DNA of 64,000 bases from Verrucomicrobiaceae bacterium (lineage in GTDB: Bacteria > Verrucomicrobiota > Verrucomicrobiia > Verrucomicrobiales > Akkermansiaceae): positions 1-64,000 of the forward strand of contig JBPOGH010000017.1 of NCBI GenBank assembly GCA_051252135.1, in the 5' to 3' direction. How positions within the stretch are numbered: the first letter of the stretch is position 1; every line of letters starts with the position of its first letter. The notes under the pieces were generated by a model. The model had not been told where the DNA came from, ran no database searches, and saw nothing but the letters and a program-made list of their open reading frames with translations. The position numbers and the translations under genes are program-made. Positions 8,685 through 19,222 of the stretch are shown here, in pieces.

Positions 8685-9266
8685 ATGGAAATCCTCACCT
8701 CCATCATCACCCTCTTCATGGTCTTTGACCCCTTCGGTAATGCCCCTGTTTTCCAAAGCACCCTCTCAAAAATCGACCCCGCAAGGCAACGCATCGTCCT
8801 CGTCCGCGAGCTCATCATTGCCCTCGTCATCCTTGCCCTTTTCACCATCGCCGGAACTCATTTCCTAAGCATCCTCAACCTTCGCCCCGCCAGCCTCAGC
8901 ATCTCGGGTGGCATCCTCCTATTCCTCATCGCTCTCGGGATGATCTTCCCGAAGCGCAGTGTCTTGACGGAATCCTCCGATGAAGAACCCTTCATCGTCC
9001 CACTCGCTGTCCCTCTGCTCGCTGGCCCCTCCGCGATAGCCATTCTTCTCATCAAGACTCCGATCTACGGCACCGGACAATCGCTTCTCATCCTTCTCGG
9101 AGCCTGGGTTCCCACGGCGATTCTTCTCTTACTTGCCCGCCCGCTTCTCTCTTATCTCGGCGCGAAAGGAAGCCGTGCCCTCGAACGCCTCATGGGCCTT
9201 ATCCTCATCCTCGTCGCCGTCCAGATGATCCTCGATGGCACCGCGACGTGGATCAAAACCCTCTGA
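8685..9266 (+). CDS. MarC family membrane protein
   Basis: DPFGNAPVF, SISGGILLFLIAL, VPLAVPLLAGPSAI, LERLMGLIL. Confidence 0.9.
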   Translation: MEILTSIITLFMVFDPFGNAPVFQSTLSKIDPARQRIVLVRELIIALVILALFTIAGTHFLSILNLRPASLSISGGILLFLIALGMIFPKRSVLTESSDEEPFIVPLAVPLLAGPSAIAILLIKTPIYGTGQSLLILLGAWVPTAILLLLARPLLSYLGAKGSRALERLMGLILILVAVQMILDGTATWIKTL

Positions 9267-9293
9267 TCCCCGCCCTTCAAATCCCGGAGTTCC

Positions 9294-9806
9294 ATGTTCA
9301 ATCCCCAGAGTTCAACACCCAACCCCCACCTCCCTTCGGCCCCCGCCGACCTCACTTCCGCACACACCCGCCCACACCGGGAACAATGCGGCCCCCGCTT
9401 TCAGGCCGCCTGCCTTCAGCTCGCCCAATCCCTCTGGCTTCAAAAAAAACCCGCCCAAGCCATCCTCCAGCTCAACAAGTCCGCCTTCGCCGAAACGCCC
9501 ACCTCCTTCAGCTTCGCCGCCCTCAAATGGTTCCTCGAGAATCGCCAGCCCCACCTCTTCATCGGCAACCCCGTCCGCCACTTCCAGCACCTCGCCACCC
9601 GCATGTCCGGCCCTCGCGCCGAACCCCGGACTTGGATCGCTTGGGCCTGCTTTCACCTTTCTCTAAAAGTCCTCCCCTCAAATGACTTCCCCCCGGATCA
9701 GGAACAAATTGACGCAGAGAAACTCGACATCCCCACACTCGACACCGTCATCGCCAACCTCCCCCCCATCGAGCGACTCCACTTTCTCGATGTCATCGCA
9801 CCCTAA
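9294..9806 (+). CDS. Hypothetical protein
   Basis: 170-aa ORF with host codon bias; FIGNPVRHFQHLATRM motif; start uncertain. Confidence 0.6.
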   Translation: MFNPQSSTPNPHLPSAPADLTSAHTRPHREQCGPRFQAACLQLAQSLWLQKKPAQAILQLNKSAFAETPTSFSFAALKWFLENRQPHLFIGNPVRHFQHLATRMSGPRAEPRTWIAWACFHLSLKVLPSNDFPPDQEQIDAEKLDIPTLDTVIANLPPIERLHFLDVIAP

Positions 9807-9848
9807 TCCTTGCCATTTCCCGCTCAGAAATTACAACCACCTCCAGCA

Positions 9849-9925
9849 GCACCCATAGCTCAACTGGATAGAGCAACGCACTTCTAATGCGTAGGTTGCA
9901 GGTTCAAGTCCTGCTGGGTGTGCCA
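9849..9925 (+). tRNA. tRNA-Arg (anticodon TCT)
   Basis: GCACCCA/TGGGTGT acceptor stem, D-arm TAGCTCAACTGGATAGAGC, anticodon arm ACGCA-CTTCTAA-TGCGT, GGTTCAAGTCC T-arm, encoded CCA. Confidence 0.97.
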
Positions 9926-9942
9926 CTTTTTCTAACGCGCTA

Positions 9943-10509
9943 ATGTTCATCGTCTTTGAAGGGATCGACGGCACCGGGAAATCCACCCAGGTCGCCCTCC
10001 TCGCCGAAGCCCTCCGCGCCCAAGGCCACGAGGTCATCACCTCCAAGGAACCCACCGACGGCCCACACGGCAAACGCCTGCGCGACTCCGCCTCCACCGG
10101 CCGCCTCTCCCCTCAGCAAGAGCTCGACCTCTTCCACCTCGACCGCCGCGAGCACATCGACACCCTCATCCGACCCGCGCTCGATCGCGGAGCCGTCGTC
10201 ATCCTCGACCGCTACTACTTCTCCACCATGGCCTACCAGGGCACCCGGGGATTTGATCCGCAGGAAATCCGGTGCATCAACGAACAATTCGCCCCCACCC
10301 CCGATCACGTCTTCATCCTCGAAGTCCCCATCGACACCGCCCTCTCCCGCATCGGCGTGCGCGATGGCGAAGCCAACGAGTTCGAACAACGCGAATCCCT
10401 CGAAAGCTGCCACCACATCTTCGCCTCCCTCACCGACCCCTTCATCCACCGCATCGATGCCTCCGCATCCCCCGATGAAGTCCACCAATCGGTCCTCAGC
10501 TTCCTCTAG
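9943..10509 (+). CDS. tmk: Thymidylate kinase
   Basis: FIVFEGIDGTGKSTQ P-loop, KEP, VILDRYYFSTMAYQG. Confidence 0.95.
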   Translation: MFIVFEGIDGTGKSTQVALLAEALRAQGHEVITSKEPTDGPHGKRLRDSASTGRLSPQQELDLFHLDRREHIDTLIRPALDRGAVVILDRYYFSTMAYQGTRGFDPQEIRCINEQFAPTPDHVFILEVPIDTALSRIGVRDGEANEFEQRESLESCHHIFASLTDPFIHRIDASASPDEVHQSVLSFL

Positions 10510-10607
10510 GTCCCTCATTCGGGAAAAGCTCCACGCTCAAAGCTCTCAGCTTTCCACCGCACTTTACCCTTCCCCATCCTAAATCCGTATGACAAATTCT
10601 GCCCGTC

Positions 10608-11018
10608 ATGCTTCAGGCCGGAATTCTTAATCCCCAGATCAACGATCTCCTCTCCCGCGTTCGCCACACCAACACCCTCGTCATCGCTGACTGGGCCTTC
10701 CCCTACTGGAAGGATATCGAAGTCGTCGACATCACCCTCACCCGCGGCATCCCCCTCATCACCGATCTCCTCGACCTCCTCGCACCCAACTTCAAAGTCG
10801 GCCACATCTGGCAGGCCTCACAGTTCCTCGACACCAACCCGCAAGACGTCATCGATACCTACAACTCAAAGTTCGACGCCTTCAAAACAAACCACGCCGA
10901 TCTCCGGGTCACCCGCCTCGACCACGACGAATTCAAAAAAATGGTCCCCAACGCCATCGGCCTCATCCGCACCGGTGACCCCACCGCCTACGGAAACCTC
11001 GTCCTCGAATCCGTCTAA
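10608..11018 (+). CDS. RbsD/FucU family sugar mutarotase/pyranase
   Basis: GILNPQI...RHTNTLVIADWAFP...IRTGDPTAYGNLVL. Confidence 0.85.
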   Translation: MLQAGILNPQINDLLSRVRHTNTLVIADWAFPYWKDIEVVDITLTRGIPLITDLLDLLAPNFKVGHIWQASQFLDTNPQDVIDTYNSKFDAFKTNHADLRVTRLDHDEFKKMVPNAIGLIRTGDPTAYGNLVLESV

Positions 11019-11046
11019 AAAAGCCCCCCCCCAACCAAGCCTTCAG

Positions 11047-11071
11047 ACTTCAAACTGAACACTTCAAACTT
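11047..11071 (+). repeat. 25-bp motif acttcaaactgaacacttcaaactt, copy 1
   Basis: Identical to 19198-19222; immediately upstream of ATG 11077. Confidence 0.8.
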
Positions 11072-11076
11072 TCGTC

Positions 11077-11889
11077 ATGAAATCCGCCATCACCCTCTCC
11101 CAAGTCCCCGAAGCAGCCGCCGGCCCCTTCGTCTTCCAGCAACCTCTTGCCGAAGGATTCGCCGCCGCCAAAAAACACGGCTACGACTCCGTTGAACTCT
11201 TCTTCCCCGGCCCCGATTTCGTCACCGTCGCCGAAGTCAAAGCCCTCGCCAGCATCCATGATCTCGGCATCGCCGCCGTCGGCACCGGAGCGGGCATGGT
11301 CAAGCACGGCCTCTCCCTCACCGATCCCGATCCCGCCAAACGCAGCGCCGCACTCGACTTCATCATCCAAATGATCAACTTCGGTGGCCAACTCGGCGCT
11401 CCCGCCATCCTCGGCTCCATGCAGGGCAAGTGGGGAGGCGATGTCTCCCGTGAACAGGCCCTCGAATGGCTCGCCGAAGCCCTCAAGGCCGCCGGCGCTG
11501 CCGCCGCAAAGTACGACGTCCCCTTTATTTACGAGCCCCTCAACCGCTACGAGACCAACCTCATCAACCACCTCGCCGAGGGCGCCAAATACCTCGAGGA
11601 CAACAAACTCGAAAACATCGTCCTCCTCGCCGACCTCTTCCACATGAACATCGAGGAGTCAGACGTCGCCCAAGCCATCATCGATGCCGGCAAACACACC
11701 GGCCACGTCCACTTCGCCGATTCTAACAGAAGCGCCATGGGCTTCGGTCACACCGACTCCGCCCCCATCATCGCCGCTCTCAGAAAAGTCGGCTACACCG
11801 GATACCTCTCCGCCGAAGTCTTCCCCAAGCCCGACGCCGACGCCTGCGCCGCCCAGGAAATCAAAGCCATCAAAGCCGCTCTCGCCTAA
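11077..11889 (+). CDS. Sugar phosphate isomerase/epimerase (xylose isomerase-like TIM barrel)
   Basis: YEPLNRYE, DLFHMNIEE, HVHFADSNR, LSAEVFP metal-binding motifs. Confidence 0.9.
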   Translation: MKSAITLSQVPEAAAGPFVFQQPLAEGFAAAKKHGYDSVELFFPGPDFVTVAEVKALASIHDLGIAAVGTGAGMVKHGLSLTDPDPAKRSAALDFIIQMINFGGQLGAPAILGSMQGKWGGDVSREQALEWLAEALKAAGAAAAKYDVPFIYEPLNRYETNLINHLAEGAKYLEDNKLENIVLLADLFHMNIEESDVAQAIIDAGKHTGHVHFADSNRSAMGFGHTDSAPIIAALRKVGYTGYLSAEVFPKPDADACAAQEIKAIKAALA

Positions 11890-11928
11890 ACCCTTTCTCC
11901 AATCATCGAACTCCCACCTTTTGTCCCT

Positions 11929-12867
11929 ATGGAAACACGTCCTCTCGGCCAAACCGGCATCGACCTCCCCATCCTCTCCTTCGGAGCCTCCTCCCTCGGC
12001 GCGGAATTCCGCGCCATCGATATCAACGAAGCCTTCGCCGCCGTCCACACCGCCATCGATCTCGGCATGAACTTCATCGACACCTCCCCCTACTACGGGC
12101 GCGGCATGTCTGAAGTCATGCTCGGCCAGGCCCTCAAGGGCATCGACCGCTCCAAATACCTCCTCGGCACCAAGCTCGGCCGCTACACCGGTTCCCACTT
12201 CGACTTCTCCGCCAAGCGCGTCGAGGAATCACTCGAGGTCTCCATGCACCGCATGGGCACCGACTACCTCGACCTCATCCTCCTCCACGACGTCGAATTC
12301 GTCAAACTCGACCAAATCTGGGAGGAAACCATCCCCGCCCTCGTCAAAGCCAAGGCCGAAGGAAAAGTCCGCGCCATCGGCTTCTCCTGCTACCCCATGG
12401 CCTGCTTCAACCGTGTCCTAGACCACGTCGAGGATGACATCGACTGCGTCCTCTCCTACAACCAATACACCCTTCAGAACACCAGCTTCGCTGACGACCT
12501 CGTCCCCCGCCTCAAGGCCAAAGGACTCGGCGCCATCAACGCCGGCCCCTTCTCCGCCCGCCTCCTCACCAACGCCGAACTCCCCGCCTGGCTCAAGGAA
12601 CCCGAGGAAGTCAAAGCCGCCGCCCGTGCCGCTGCCAAACTCTGTGACGACAACGGAGTCGACATCGCCCAACTCGCCCTTCAGTTCTCCTGCTCGCACG
12701 ACTACATCGCCTCCACCGTCGCCGGTTCCGCGAATCCCAAAAACGTCGGAAAATGGGCCAAATGGCTTGCCCAACCCATCGATCAGGGTCTCCTTGCGCA
12801 GGTGCAGGAGATCTTCGCTCCCGTCAAAAACCTCGGCCATCCCGAAGGCCTTCCTGAAAACAACTAG
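11929..12867 (+). CDS. Aldo/keto reductase (L-galactose/L-fucose dehydrogenase-like)
   Basis: NFIDTSPYYG..SE, TKLGRY, DYLDLILLHDVEF, GKVRAIG. Confidence 0.88.
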   Translation: METRPLGQTGIDLPILSFGASSLGAEFRAIDINEAFAAVHTAIDLGMNFIDTSPYYGRGMSEVMLGQALKGIDRSKYLLGTKLGRYTGSHFDFSAKRVEESLEVSMHRMGTDYLDLILLHDVEFVKLDQIWEETIPALVKAKAEGKVRAIGFSCYPMACFNRVLDHVEDDIDCVLSYNQYTLQNTSFADDLVPRLKAKGLGAINAGPFSARLLTNAELPAWLKEPEEVKAAARAAAKLCDDNGVDIAQLALQFSCSHDYIASTVAGSANPKNVGKWAKWLAQPIDQGLLAQVQEIFAPVKNLGHPEGLPENN

Positions 12868-12903
12868 TTGCACCTTTTAGAGCACTAGCTACATCTATTT
12901 CAA

Positions 12904-13941
12904 ATGTCCTACGCCATCGAATTCACCGACGTCAAAAAAATCAACGCAGTTGACCTTCCCGACGTCGAAGCTCCCGCCCCCGGCGAAGCCCTCGTGCGCA
13001 CCCATCGTATGGGCATCTGCGGAACCGACCTCTCCTGCTACCTCGGCAAGTTCCCCTTCTTCGCCTACCCCCGCACCCCCGGACACGAACTCGGCCTCGA
13101 GGTCGTAGCCGTCGGCGAGGGCGTCACCAACGTCAAACCCGGTGACAAATGCTCCCTCGAGCCCTACCTCAATAACCCCGACTCCATCCCCTCGAAAAAA
13201 GGCCACTCCAACGCCTGCTCGAATGTCTCCGTTGTCGGCGTTCACCAAAGCGGTGGCCTGCGCAAGTCCAACTGGACCGTCCCCGCCCACAAACTCCACC
13301 CCGGAAATGACCTCTCCTACGATGAGCTCGCCCTCGTCGAAACCCTCGCCATCGGATACCACGCCGTCAAACGCGGCAACCCGCAGCCCGGCGAAACCGT
13401 CATGGTCATCGGCGCCGGCCCCATCGGCCTCGCCTCCCTCGAGTTCCTCAAGCTCATGGATGTCAAAGTCCTCGTCGTCGACTTCGCCCAAAACCGACTC
13501 GACTTCTGCGCCGAAAAACTCGGCATCCCCCACCCCGTTCAGGCCAAGCCCGACGGCTCACACCTCGCCGAAATCGAAAAAATCACCGAAGGCGGATTCT
13601 GCGATGTCATCATCGATGCCACCGGACACCACGGCTCCATGGTCCAGTGCTTCCAATACGCCGCCGTCGGTGGTCGCGTCGTCTACGTCGGCATCACCGC
13701 CCAAGACATCACCTTCCCCCAGGCACCCCACTTCCACCGCCGCGAGCTCTCCGTCATGGCCAGCCGCAACGCCCTCCCCGCCGACTTCCCCGAGATCATC
13801 CAAATCATCTCCGAAGGTAAAATCAACCTCCAGAACTGGATCACCCACCGACTCGACATCACCGAGGTTCCCGAGGGATTCGACAAGTTCACCGATCCCG
13901 CCACTGGCGCCATCAAGGCCGTCATCACCGTCAACGACTGA
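12904..13941 (+). CDS. Zinc-dependent dehydrogenase (L-galactonate 5-dehydrogenase-like)
   Basis: GICGTD, YPRTPGHE, IGAGPIG, FHRRELSVMASRNA. Confidence 0.88.
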   Translation: MSYAIEFTDVKKINAVDLPDVEAPAPGEALVRTHRMGICGTDLSCYLGKFPFFAYPRTPGHELGLEVVAVGEGVTNVKPGDKCSLEPYLNNPDSIPSKKGHSNACSNVSVVGVHQSGGLRKSNWTVPAHKLHPGNDLSYDELALVETLAIGYHAVKRGNPQPGETVMVIGAGPIGLASLEFLKLMDVKVLVVDFAQNRLDFCAEKLGIPHPVQAKPDGSHLAEIEKITEGGFCDVIIDATGHHGSMVQCFQYAAVGGRVVYVGITAQDITFPQAPHFHRRELSVMASRNALPADFPEIIQIISEGKINLQNWITHRLDITEVPEGFDKFTDPATGAIKAVITVND

Positions 13942-14360
13942 TGAAGCACCTTGTCCTCCTCACCGCCTTCGCTCTTCTTTCCTGTAAAAGCGAAAGCCCC
14001 AAGGAAGACACCGCCTCAACGGACACCCCCGCCACCAGCCGGACCAACACCCCGGAGTCCGTCGAACCAGCTTCCACTCCCGCTCCATCTGCGGAAACTC
14101 CGGAATCCGTCACCGCCTCGTCCGATCCCTTCGCGGTTCCCCCAAGGCCAAAAAACACTCCCGACCCCGTCCTCCCCAAAGCCCCGCAACCCGGGATGTT
14201 CAAGGTCGCCAAAGCCATCCCCGGCAAGCCCGGCTACGTCACCAACCCCTTCACCGGCGGCGAGGTCGACTGCCGCGGAATCCCCGCCGGCAGCCTCGTC
14301 CTCGACCCCAAGGACCGAAACCCGGAACACAAATTCCGCATCCCCGGGCCCCTCGATTAA
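13941..14360 (+). CDS. Hypothetical lipoprotein
   Basis: Lipobox LLSC, Pro/Thr linker, small C-terminal domain (PGKPGYVTNPF...KFRIP). Confidence 0.75.
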   Translation: MKHLVLLTAFALLSCKSESPKEDTASTDTPATSRTNTPESVEPASTPAPSAETPESVTASSDPFAVPPRPKNTPDPVLPKAPQPGMFKVAKAIPGKPGYVTNPFTGGEVDCRGIPAGSLVLDPKDRNPEHKFRIPGPLD

Positions 14361-14392
14361 TCACCTGCCTTTGGTCTCTTTCCCCTCTCCAG

Positions 14393-14417
14393 GTCCGCCC
14401 CTCCGGCGGACTTTTTT
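14393..14417 (+). terminator. Intrinsic terminator
   Basis: gtccgcc-cctcc-ggcggac followed by T6. Confidence 0.8.
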
Positions 14418-14567
14418 GGTGATTCGACACATCTTCATCACAACCGCACAGTCATCATCCTCATAGAATCGTTCGATATTTTTCTGTCTGACAACTATTT
14501 CATTCCCTCCAAAGCGATTTTCCCTATCATCCCCGGAATAATCCCAGCTTTCCCTTCGGGGATCTCG

Positions 14568-17492
14568 ATGACTCACAACGCACCACCGCTCAAAGAACGC
14601 AACGCCGGAGCTTCTTCCCGGACCCTTGCCCTTCTCCTCTCTTTCCTCATTTCCACCTCCTCGGCCGCCACCTGGGGCACCCCGGAATACGATGACTCCT
14701 CTTGGTCCACCGGCACCGGCCCCATCGGATTCGATACCAGCTCCACCTTCCCCTACACCCTCGGCACCAACCTCTCCTCCATGAGATACAACCAGGTCGC
14801 CGTCTACATGCGGACCTCCTTCACCCTCACCGCCCCCCAACTCGCCGCCATCTCCCAACTCCAACTCATCATCGACTACGATGACGGCTACATCGCCTAC
14901 CTAAACGGAACGGAAGTCAGCCGCGGCACCATGGGAAACACCGGTGACTTCTACGCCTTCAACACCCCCGCCGATGACGTCCACAATGGCACCGGCGACA
15001 ACGGAGAAACCTTCGCTCCCCCCACCATCAATATCGATAAATCCGCCCTCCGCGTCGGCGAAAACATCCTCTCCGGGCAGGTCCACAATGCCTCCCTCGA
15101 TTCCTCGGACCTCCTCCTCTACATGGTCCTCGGTGACGGCACCAACACCTTCGTCCTCCCAAACGCCACCTACTCTTACTACATCGGCACCTCCGAACCG
15201 GAGAACGCCGTCCCCACCCTCCCCCCTCACGGACTCACCCAATCTCCCTCCCAATCCGATCAGGATGGCAACGGCCTCGCCGATGTCTGGGAAGCCCTCT
15301 ACGGCGCACAAGGCATCGACCCCCATACCGACTCCGATGGCGACGGACTCTCCAACGCCCGCGAATCCCTCTTCGGCACCGATCCCTTCGATCCCTCCAG
15401 CACCATGGAGTTCAAAATGTCCCCCAAGGACGCCAACTCCCTCACCCTCTCCTGGACGAACCTCTCCGACCGCCCCGGCACCCTCCAAAGCTCCACCGAT
15501 CTCGGCACCACCGACCTCTGGGGCACCCAATCGGGCACCCCCTACAATGCCAACGGCATGCGGAATCTCGACATCCCCACCTCGGATGCCGCCCGCTTCT
15601 TCCGCGTCCAAACCATCGCCTCCGATCTCGATAACGACGGCGTCCCCGACTGGCTCGAACCCCTCCTCGGATTCTCCAGCTCCCCCGGCGCCTCCCAATC
15701 CGTCCTCCAAAATAAATCCTATGATCTCGACGGAAACGGCACCGCAGACATCTCCCTCTCCGGAGACCTCGCCGCCTTCAATGAAATCTACCGCATCCCC
15801 GAGCCCGGCAAATCCCTCACCCGCGCCCAGGCCGCACGCCTCCTCCTCCAAACCACCTTCGGACCCGCCAACATGGCCCAGGTCGACTACGTCGCCTCCA
15901 TCGGAGCCGAGGCTTGGCTCGACCAACAAATCGCCCTCCCGCCCTCCCTCACCCGCCCCTACATCGAGGACCTCAAGATCGACCTCCTCCTCAGCCCCGC
16001 CAACGATTGGACCGACCCCAACCTCTCCGGATACAACATCAACAACCAGGGCCAAAGCAACGCCTTCGTCAGTGGCACCAACTTCACCTCCTCCTGGGCC
16101 CGCTCCACCATCCGGGGTCAGGACCAGCTCCGCCAGCGCACCGCCTTCGCCCTCTCCCAAATCCTCGTCGCCTCACGCGGTGCCGCCATGCTCGCCAACC
16201 AAACGCGCACCACCGCCCAATACTACGACTTCATGATCGAGGGAGCCTTCGGCAACTTCGAGGACCTCCTCCTCAACGTCTCCCTCAGCCCCTACATGGG
16301 CCACTACCTCAGCCACCTCGGCAACCAAAAGGAAGACCCCTCCATCGGCCGCTTCCCGGATGAAAACTACGCCCGCGAAATCATGCAGCTCTTCACCATC
16401 GGCCTCTGGGAGCTCAACCTCGATGGCTCCCGCAAGCTCGACCTCGACGGCCAACCCATCCCCACTTACAGCAATGATGACATCACCAGCCTTTCCCGCG
16501 TCTTCACCGGCGTAAATTACGAATCCGGCAGCTTCGGCGGCGGCTGGCGGGATGACGGAGACAGCTCCGGGAAATACATGACCACCCCCATGAAAATCTT
16601 CGCCTCCCATCACGACTTCACCGAGAAGCGCATCCCCATGGGCGTCAATTCCACCGGCAACCGCCTCTACCACACCATCCCCGCAAACCCCTCCGGAAAT
16701 AACGCCGCCGCCATGGCCGAGGTCGAGACCGTCGTCCACCAACTCGTGCGCCACCCCAACACCGCCCCCTTCATCTGCAAGCAGCTCATCCAGTTCCTCG
16801 TCACTTCCAATCCCACCCCCGCCTACGTCCAACGCGTCGCCTCCGTCTTCCAAAATGACGGCACCGGAGAAGTCGGGAACCTCGAAGCGGTCGTTCGCAC
16901 CATCCTCCTCGATGACGAAGCCCGCAACCCCATGCACCACCTCAAAACAAAACACTTCGGTCACTTCCGCGAGCCCACCCTCCGCACCATCCACCTCGCC
17001 CGCATCCTCAAGATCGACCAATACCCCAACCTCCTCTGGTGGGACTGGGGCTACTACTCCGAGCAAACCCTCCAGGAGCCCATGAACGCCCCCACCGTGT
17101 TCAACTTCTACCGCCCCGACTTCCGCCTCCCCGGCGCCCTCGCCGCCAACCAACTCGACTCCCCCGCACTCGGCATCGTCAACTCCTTCTCCTCCGTCTC
17201 CTTCACCAACTACCTCTGGCGTATCACCCTCGACGGCTTCGACATGATCCACGGCGATCAATGGTACGACGGAAAATCCTTCCCCGCCGACTACTCCGAC
17301 CTCCTCCCCATGGCCAATGACATCCCCGATCTCCTCGACCATCTGTCCATCCTCTACTGCGCCGGAACCCTCGGCGCCGAATCCCGTTCCATCATCACCA
17401 ACTCCCTCCAGGCCGAGAACGACATGACCGACCGCGTCCGCCTCGCCGCCTTCCTCGTCCTCGTCTCCCCCGAAGGAACCTGCCTCAAGTAG
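14568..17492 (+). CDS. DUF1800 family protein with N-terminal jelly-roll-like and D-x-D-G-D-G repeat modules
   Basis: AARLLLQTTFGP, DQLRQRTAFALSQILV, PDENYAREIMQLFTIGL, HPNTAPFICKQLIQFLVTSNPTPAYV. Confidence 0.9.
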   Translation: MTHNAPPLKERNAGASSRTLALLLSFLISTSSAATWGTPEYDDSSWSTGTGPIGFDTSSTFPYTLGTNLSSMRYNQVAVYMRTSFTLTAPQLAAISQLQLIIDYDDGYIAYLNGTEVSRGTMGNTGDFYAFNTPADDVHNGTGDNGETFAPPTINIDKSALRVGENILSGQVHNASLDSSDLLLYMVLGDGTNTFVLPNATYSYYIGTSEPENAVPTLPPHGLTQSPSQSDQDGNGLADVWEALYGAQGIDPHTDSDGDGLSNARESLFGTDPFDPSSTMEFKMSPKDANSLTLSWTNLSDRPGTLQSSTDLGTTDLWGTQSGTPYNANGMRNLDIPTSDAARFFRVQTIASDLDNDGVPDWLEPLLGFSSSPGASQSVLQNKSYDLDGNGTADISLSGDLAAFNEIYRIPEPGKSLTRAQAARLLLQTTFGPANMAQVDYVASIGAEAWLDQQIALPPSLTRPYIEDLKIDLLLSPANDWTDPNLSGYNINNQGQSNAFVSGTNFTSSWARSTIRGQDQLRQRTAFALSQILVASRGAAMLANQTRTTAQYYDFMIEGAFGNFEDLLLNVSLSPYMGHYLSHLGNQKEDPSIGRFPDENYAREIMQLFTIGLWELNLDGSRKLDLDGQPIPTYSNDDITSLSRVFTGVNYESGSFGGGWRDDGDSSGKYMTTPMKIFASHHDFTEKRIPMGVNSTGNRLYHTIPANPSGNNAAAMAEVETVVHQLVRHPNTAPFICKQLIQFLVTSNPTPAYVQRVASVFQNDGTGEVGNLEAVVRTILLDDEARNPMHHLKTKHFGHFREPTLRTIHLARILKIDQYPNLLWWDWGYYSEQTLQEPMNAPTVFNFYRPDFRLPGALAANQLDSPALGIVNSFSSVSFTNYLWRITLDGFDMIHGDQWYDGKSFPADYSDLLPMANDIPDLLDHLSILYCAGTLGAESRSIITNSLQAENDMTDRVRLAAFLVLVSPEGTCLK

Positions 17493-17512
17493 CCTCAATC
17501 CATTTTCGTTCC

Positions 17513-18973
17513 ATGAACTCCAAAAAATCACGCCGCCAGTTCCTCGGAGAAGCCTCCTGCGCCTCCCTGGGCTGTGTTTCCACCCTCTCCTCCATTCTCA
17601 ACCTCAAGCTCGCCAACCAGGCCGCAGCCGACGGACTCGGCCCTGGCGATGATTGCAAAACCCTCGTCTGCATCCTCCTCGCCGGCGGTTCCGACAGCTT
17701 CAACATGCTCGTCCGGCGCGACTCCGCTTATAGCGACTACGCCGCCTCCCGAAGCGACATGGCCATCGGCCACAACTCCGGCGGAGCCAACGCTCTCGTC
17801 AACCTCACCCAAGCCTCCGGTGGCGATGGCAACCTCTACGGCCTGCACCCCTCCTGCCCGGAACTTGCCGAGATGTTCAACGGCACCGGTTCCTTCGCCA
17901 GTCACGGCCGCCGCCTCTCCTTCGTCTCAAACATCGGCACCTTGATCCAGCCGATCACAGCCAGCCAATACAACAATCCCGCCAACACCATCCCCGTCCC
18001 CAAGTCCCTCTTCTCCCACATCGACCAGATCACCCAGTGGCAGACCTCCATCCCCCAGGGACTCCAGGAACTCTCCGGCTGGGCCGGTCGCATGGCCGAC
18101 CTCATCCACTCCAGCTACAACACCGAGGCCACCTCGATGTCGATCTCCCTCTCCGGTAACAACGTCTTCCAGATCGGAAAAGAAACCATCCAGCTCGCCA
18201 TCACCAAGGACGGAGCCCTCCTCCCCACCGGCAGTTCCCCCGGCCTCAACTCCACCACCGCCCGCAAGAATCTCGCCCTCGATTCCCTCATCAGCTCAAC
18301 CTACAACAACCTCGTCCAGGACTCCTTCGCCAAGCACATGAAGAACTCCTTCGACGCGCAACAAGCCTTCAAAACAATCTACGACGCCGTCGACACCTCG
18401 GCCATCCCCGCGGCTGTCATCAACGACCTCAACGACTCCAACCTCGGCAAACAGCTCCTCGCCGCCGCCAAGACCATCAAAGCCCGCCAGGACCTCGGCC
18501 TCCGCCGAAACACCATCTTCATCGAGCGCGGCGGCTGGGACCACCACGGCGAACTCCTCGTCACCCACGCCGGTATGCTCGCCGAGATCTCCAAAGCCAT
18601 CGCCGCCTACCAACTCGCCCTCGAAGCACTCGGCGTCGCCAACGACGTCATCTCCTACACCGCTTCCGACTTCGGACGCACCCTCCGCTCCAACGGACGC
18701 GGCACCGACCACGCCTGGGGCGGAAACCAACTCGTCTGGGGCGCCCCCATCGACTCCGGAAAAATCCACGGCACCTTCCCCGACCTCTCCCTCAAGGAAA
18801 ACGGCGGAGACGATGACATCGGCAACGGCGGCCGCATCCTCCCCACCACCTCCACCGACAAGTTCTTCGAAGAAATGGCCACCTGGTTCGGCGTCACCTC
18901 CGCCAACATGCCCGCTGTCCTCCCCAACCTCGTCAACTTCGCCTCCGAGCCCGACATCGGCTTCATCAGCTAG
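17513..18973 (+). CDS. DUF1501 family protein (Tat signal)
   Basis: SRRQFL, LVCILLAGGSDSFNMLV, LFSHIDQ, GGWDHH, SDFGRTLRSNGRGTDHAWGG. Confidence 0.9.
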   Translation: MNSKKSRRQFLGEASCASLGCVSTLSSILNLKLANQAAADGLGPGDDCKTLVCILLAGGSDSFNMLVRRDSAYSDYAASRSDMAIGHNSGGANALVNLTQASGGDGNLYGLHPSCPELAEMFNGTGSFASHGRRLSFVSNIGTLIQPITASQYNNPANTIPVPKSLFSHIDQITQWQTSIPQGLQELSGWAGRMADLIHSSYNTEATSMSISLSGNNVFQIGKETIQLAITKDGALLPTGSSPGLNSTTARKNLALDSLISSTYNNLVQDSFAKHMKNSFDAQQAFKTIYDAVDTSAIPAAVINDLNDSNLGKQLLAAAKTIKARQDLGLRRNTIFIERGGWDHHGELLVTHAGMLAEISKAIAAYQLALEALGVANDVISYTASDFGRTLRSNGRGTDHAWGGNQLVWGAPIDSGKIHGTFPDLSLKENGGDDDIGNGGRILPTTSTDKFFEEMATWFGVTSANMPAVLPNLVNFASEPDIGFIS

Positions 18974-19048
18974 GGAAGCGCTGATGAAAGAGGGGGTTCG
19001 CTGCTGCAAGTCATTTTGAAGTCTGGCAAGGCGCGAAGGGTGACGCTG
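18970..19048 (+). mobile_element. Truncated copy (left end) of CTAG-flanked MITE
   Basis: Near-identical to 55866-55944; its CTAG contains the DUF1501 stop codon. Confidence 0.8.
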
Positions 19049-19197
19049 TCCCAACACCAACGACCCACCCCGACCCTTCTCCTCTCGCATCCCTTCTTCC
19101 GCCCTCACGAATCCCCCATCGCTTTCATTGACCTGTCTGACAATTTCTGCCTAAACCATACCCAGCCGGAGCTTCAGGGCCCCAACCACCGTCCAAA

Positions 19198-19222
19198 ACT
19201 TCAAACTGAACACTTCAAACTT
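19198..19222 (+). repeat. 25-bp motif acttcaaactgaacacttcaaactt, copy 2
   Basis: Identical to 11047-11071; 12 bp upstream of uxaE ATG. Confidence 0.8.

Noticed and set aside
9849..9925. tRNA-Arg as integration site of an island
   Set aside because: No duplicated tRNA 3' end was noticed and tmk follows 17 bp later
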